Of a DNA stretch of 44,077 nucleotides, positions 44,037 through 44,077 are shown piece after piece. This DNA is from Shigella phage EP23, in sequence record JN984867. One strand, 5' to 3'. The translations under genes were made by a program, and so were the position numbers. Position 1 is the stretch's first letter, and each line of letters begins with the position of its first letter. Under the pieces are notes generated by a model. The model ran no database searches. It was not told the origin of the DNA and saw only the letters and a list, made by a program, of their open reading frames with translations.

Positions 44037-44077
44037 ACCGCATAGCCTGCCGATTTGGTGGGCTTTTTTGTGCCTGT

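Noticed and set aside
44037-44072. Terminator at the right end of the window
   Set aside because: T-run is present but the upstream hairpin is only 3-4 bp; too weak to call
1-44077. Integrase, excisionase or CI/Cro-type lysogeny module
   Set aside because: No tyrosine/serine recombinase-like ORF or attP-like tRNA-adjacent site recognised; absence cannot be proven without a profile search

Overview
The window reads as a near-complete ~44 kb genome of a tailed dsDNA phage (siphovirus-type) with an enterobacterial-like sequence style; no integrase or CI-like repressor was recognised, so it is probably virulent. Left half, + strand: packaging and virion module (terminase small/large, portal, Mu-F-like head protein, Rz/Rz1-type spanins overlapping its 3' end, scaffold-like protein, major capsid, connector/tail-completion genes, major tail protein, tail chaperone with a candidate -1 frameshift extension, tape measure, lambda M/L/K/I/J-like tail-tip genes, a reverse-strand lipoprotein, and a fiber with internal repeats and a C-terminal S74-type chaperone domain). 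Right part, mostly - strand (23.7-36.1 kb): early/replication module (family-A DNA polymerase, SNF2-like helicase, VRR-NUC, Cas4-like nuclease, SSB-like protein, Dam-like methyltransferase, HAD phosphatase), followed on + strand by an HTH protein, a primase-helicase, small unknown genes, holin/endolysin and an HTH-metallophosphatase. Most notable: (1) the polymerase is interrupted in motif B by a 299-aa intein whose centre is low-complexity in the polymerase frame while a different frame of the same DNA encodes a complete HNH endonuclease; (2) a two-gene reverse-strand island inside the structural module encodes a half-size beta-sliding-clamp (DnaN-like) protein; (3) a ~130-bp GCGGGACA-iteron plus hairpin element present in two copies; (4) an 8-9-mer (TGCAACCAA / TTGGTTGCA) recurring inside promoter spacers across the genome. 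All calls rest on reading the sequence and the supplied ORF track; no database search was run, so family names are by motif recognition and coordinates of starts, promoters and terminators are approximate.
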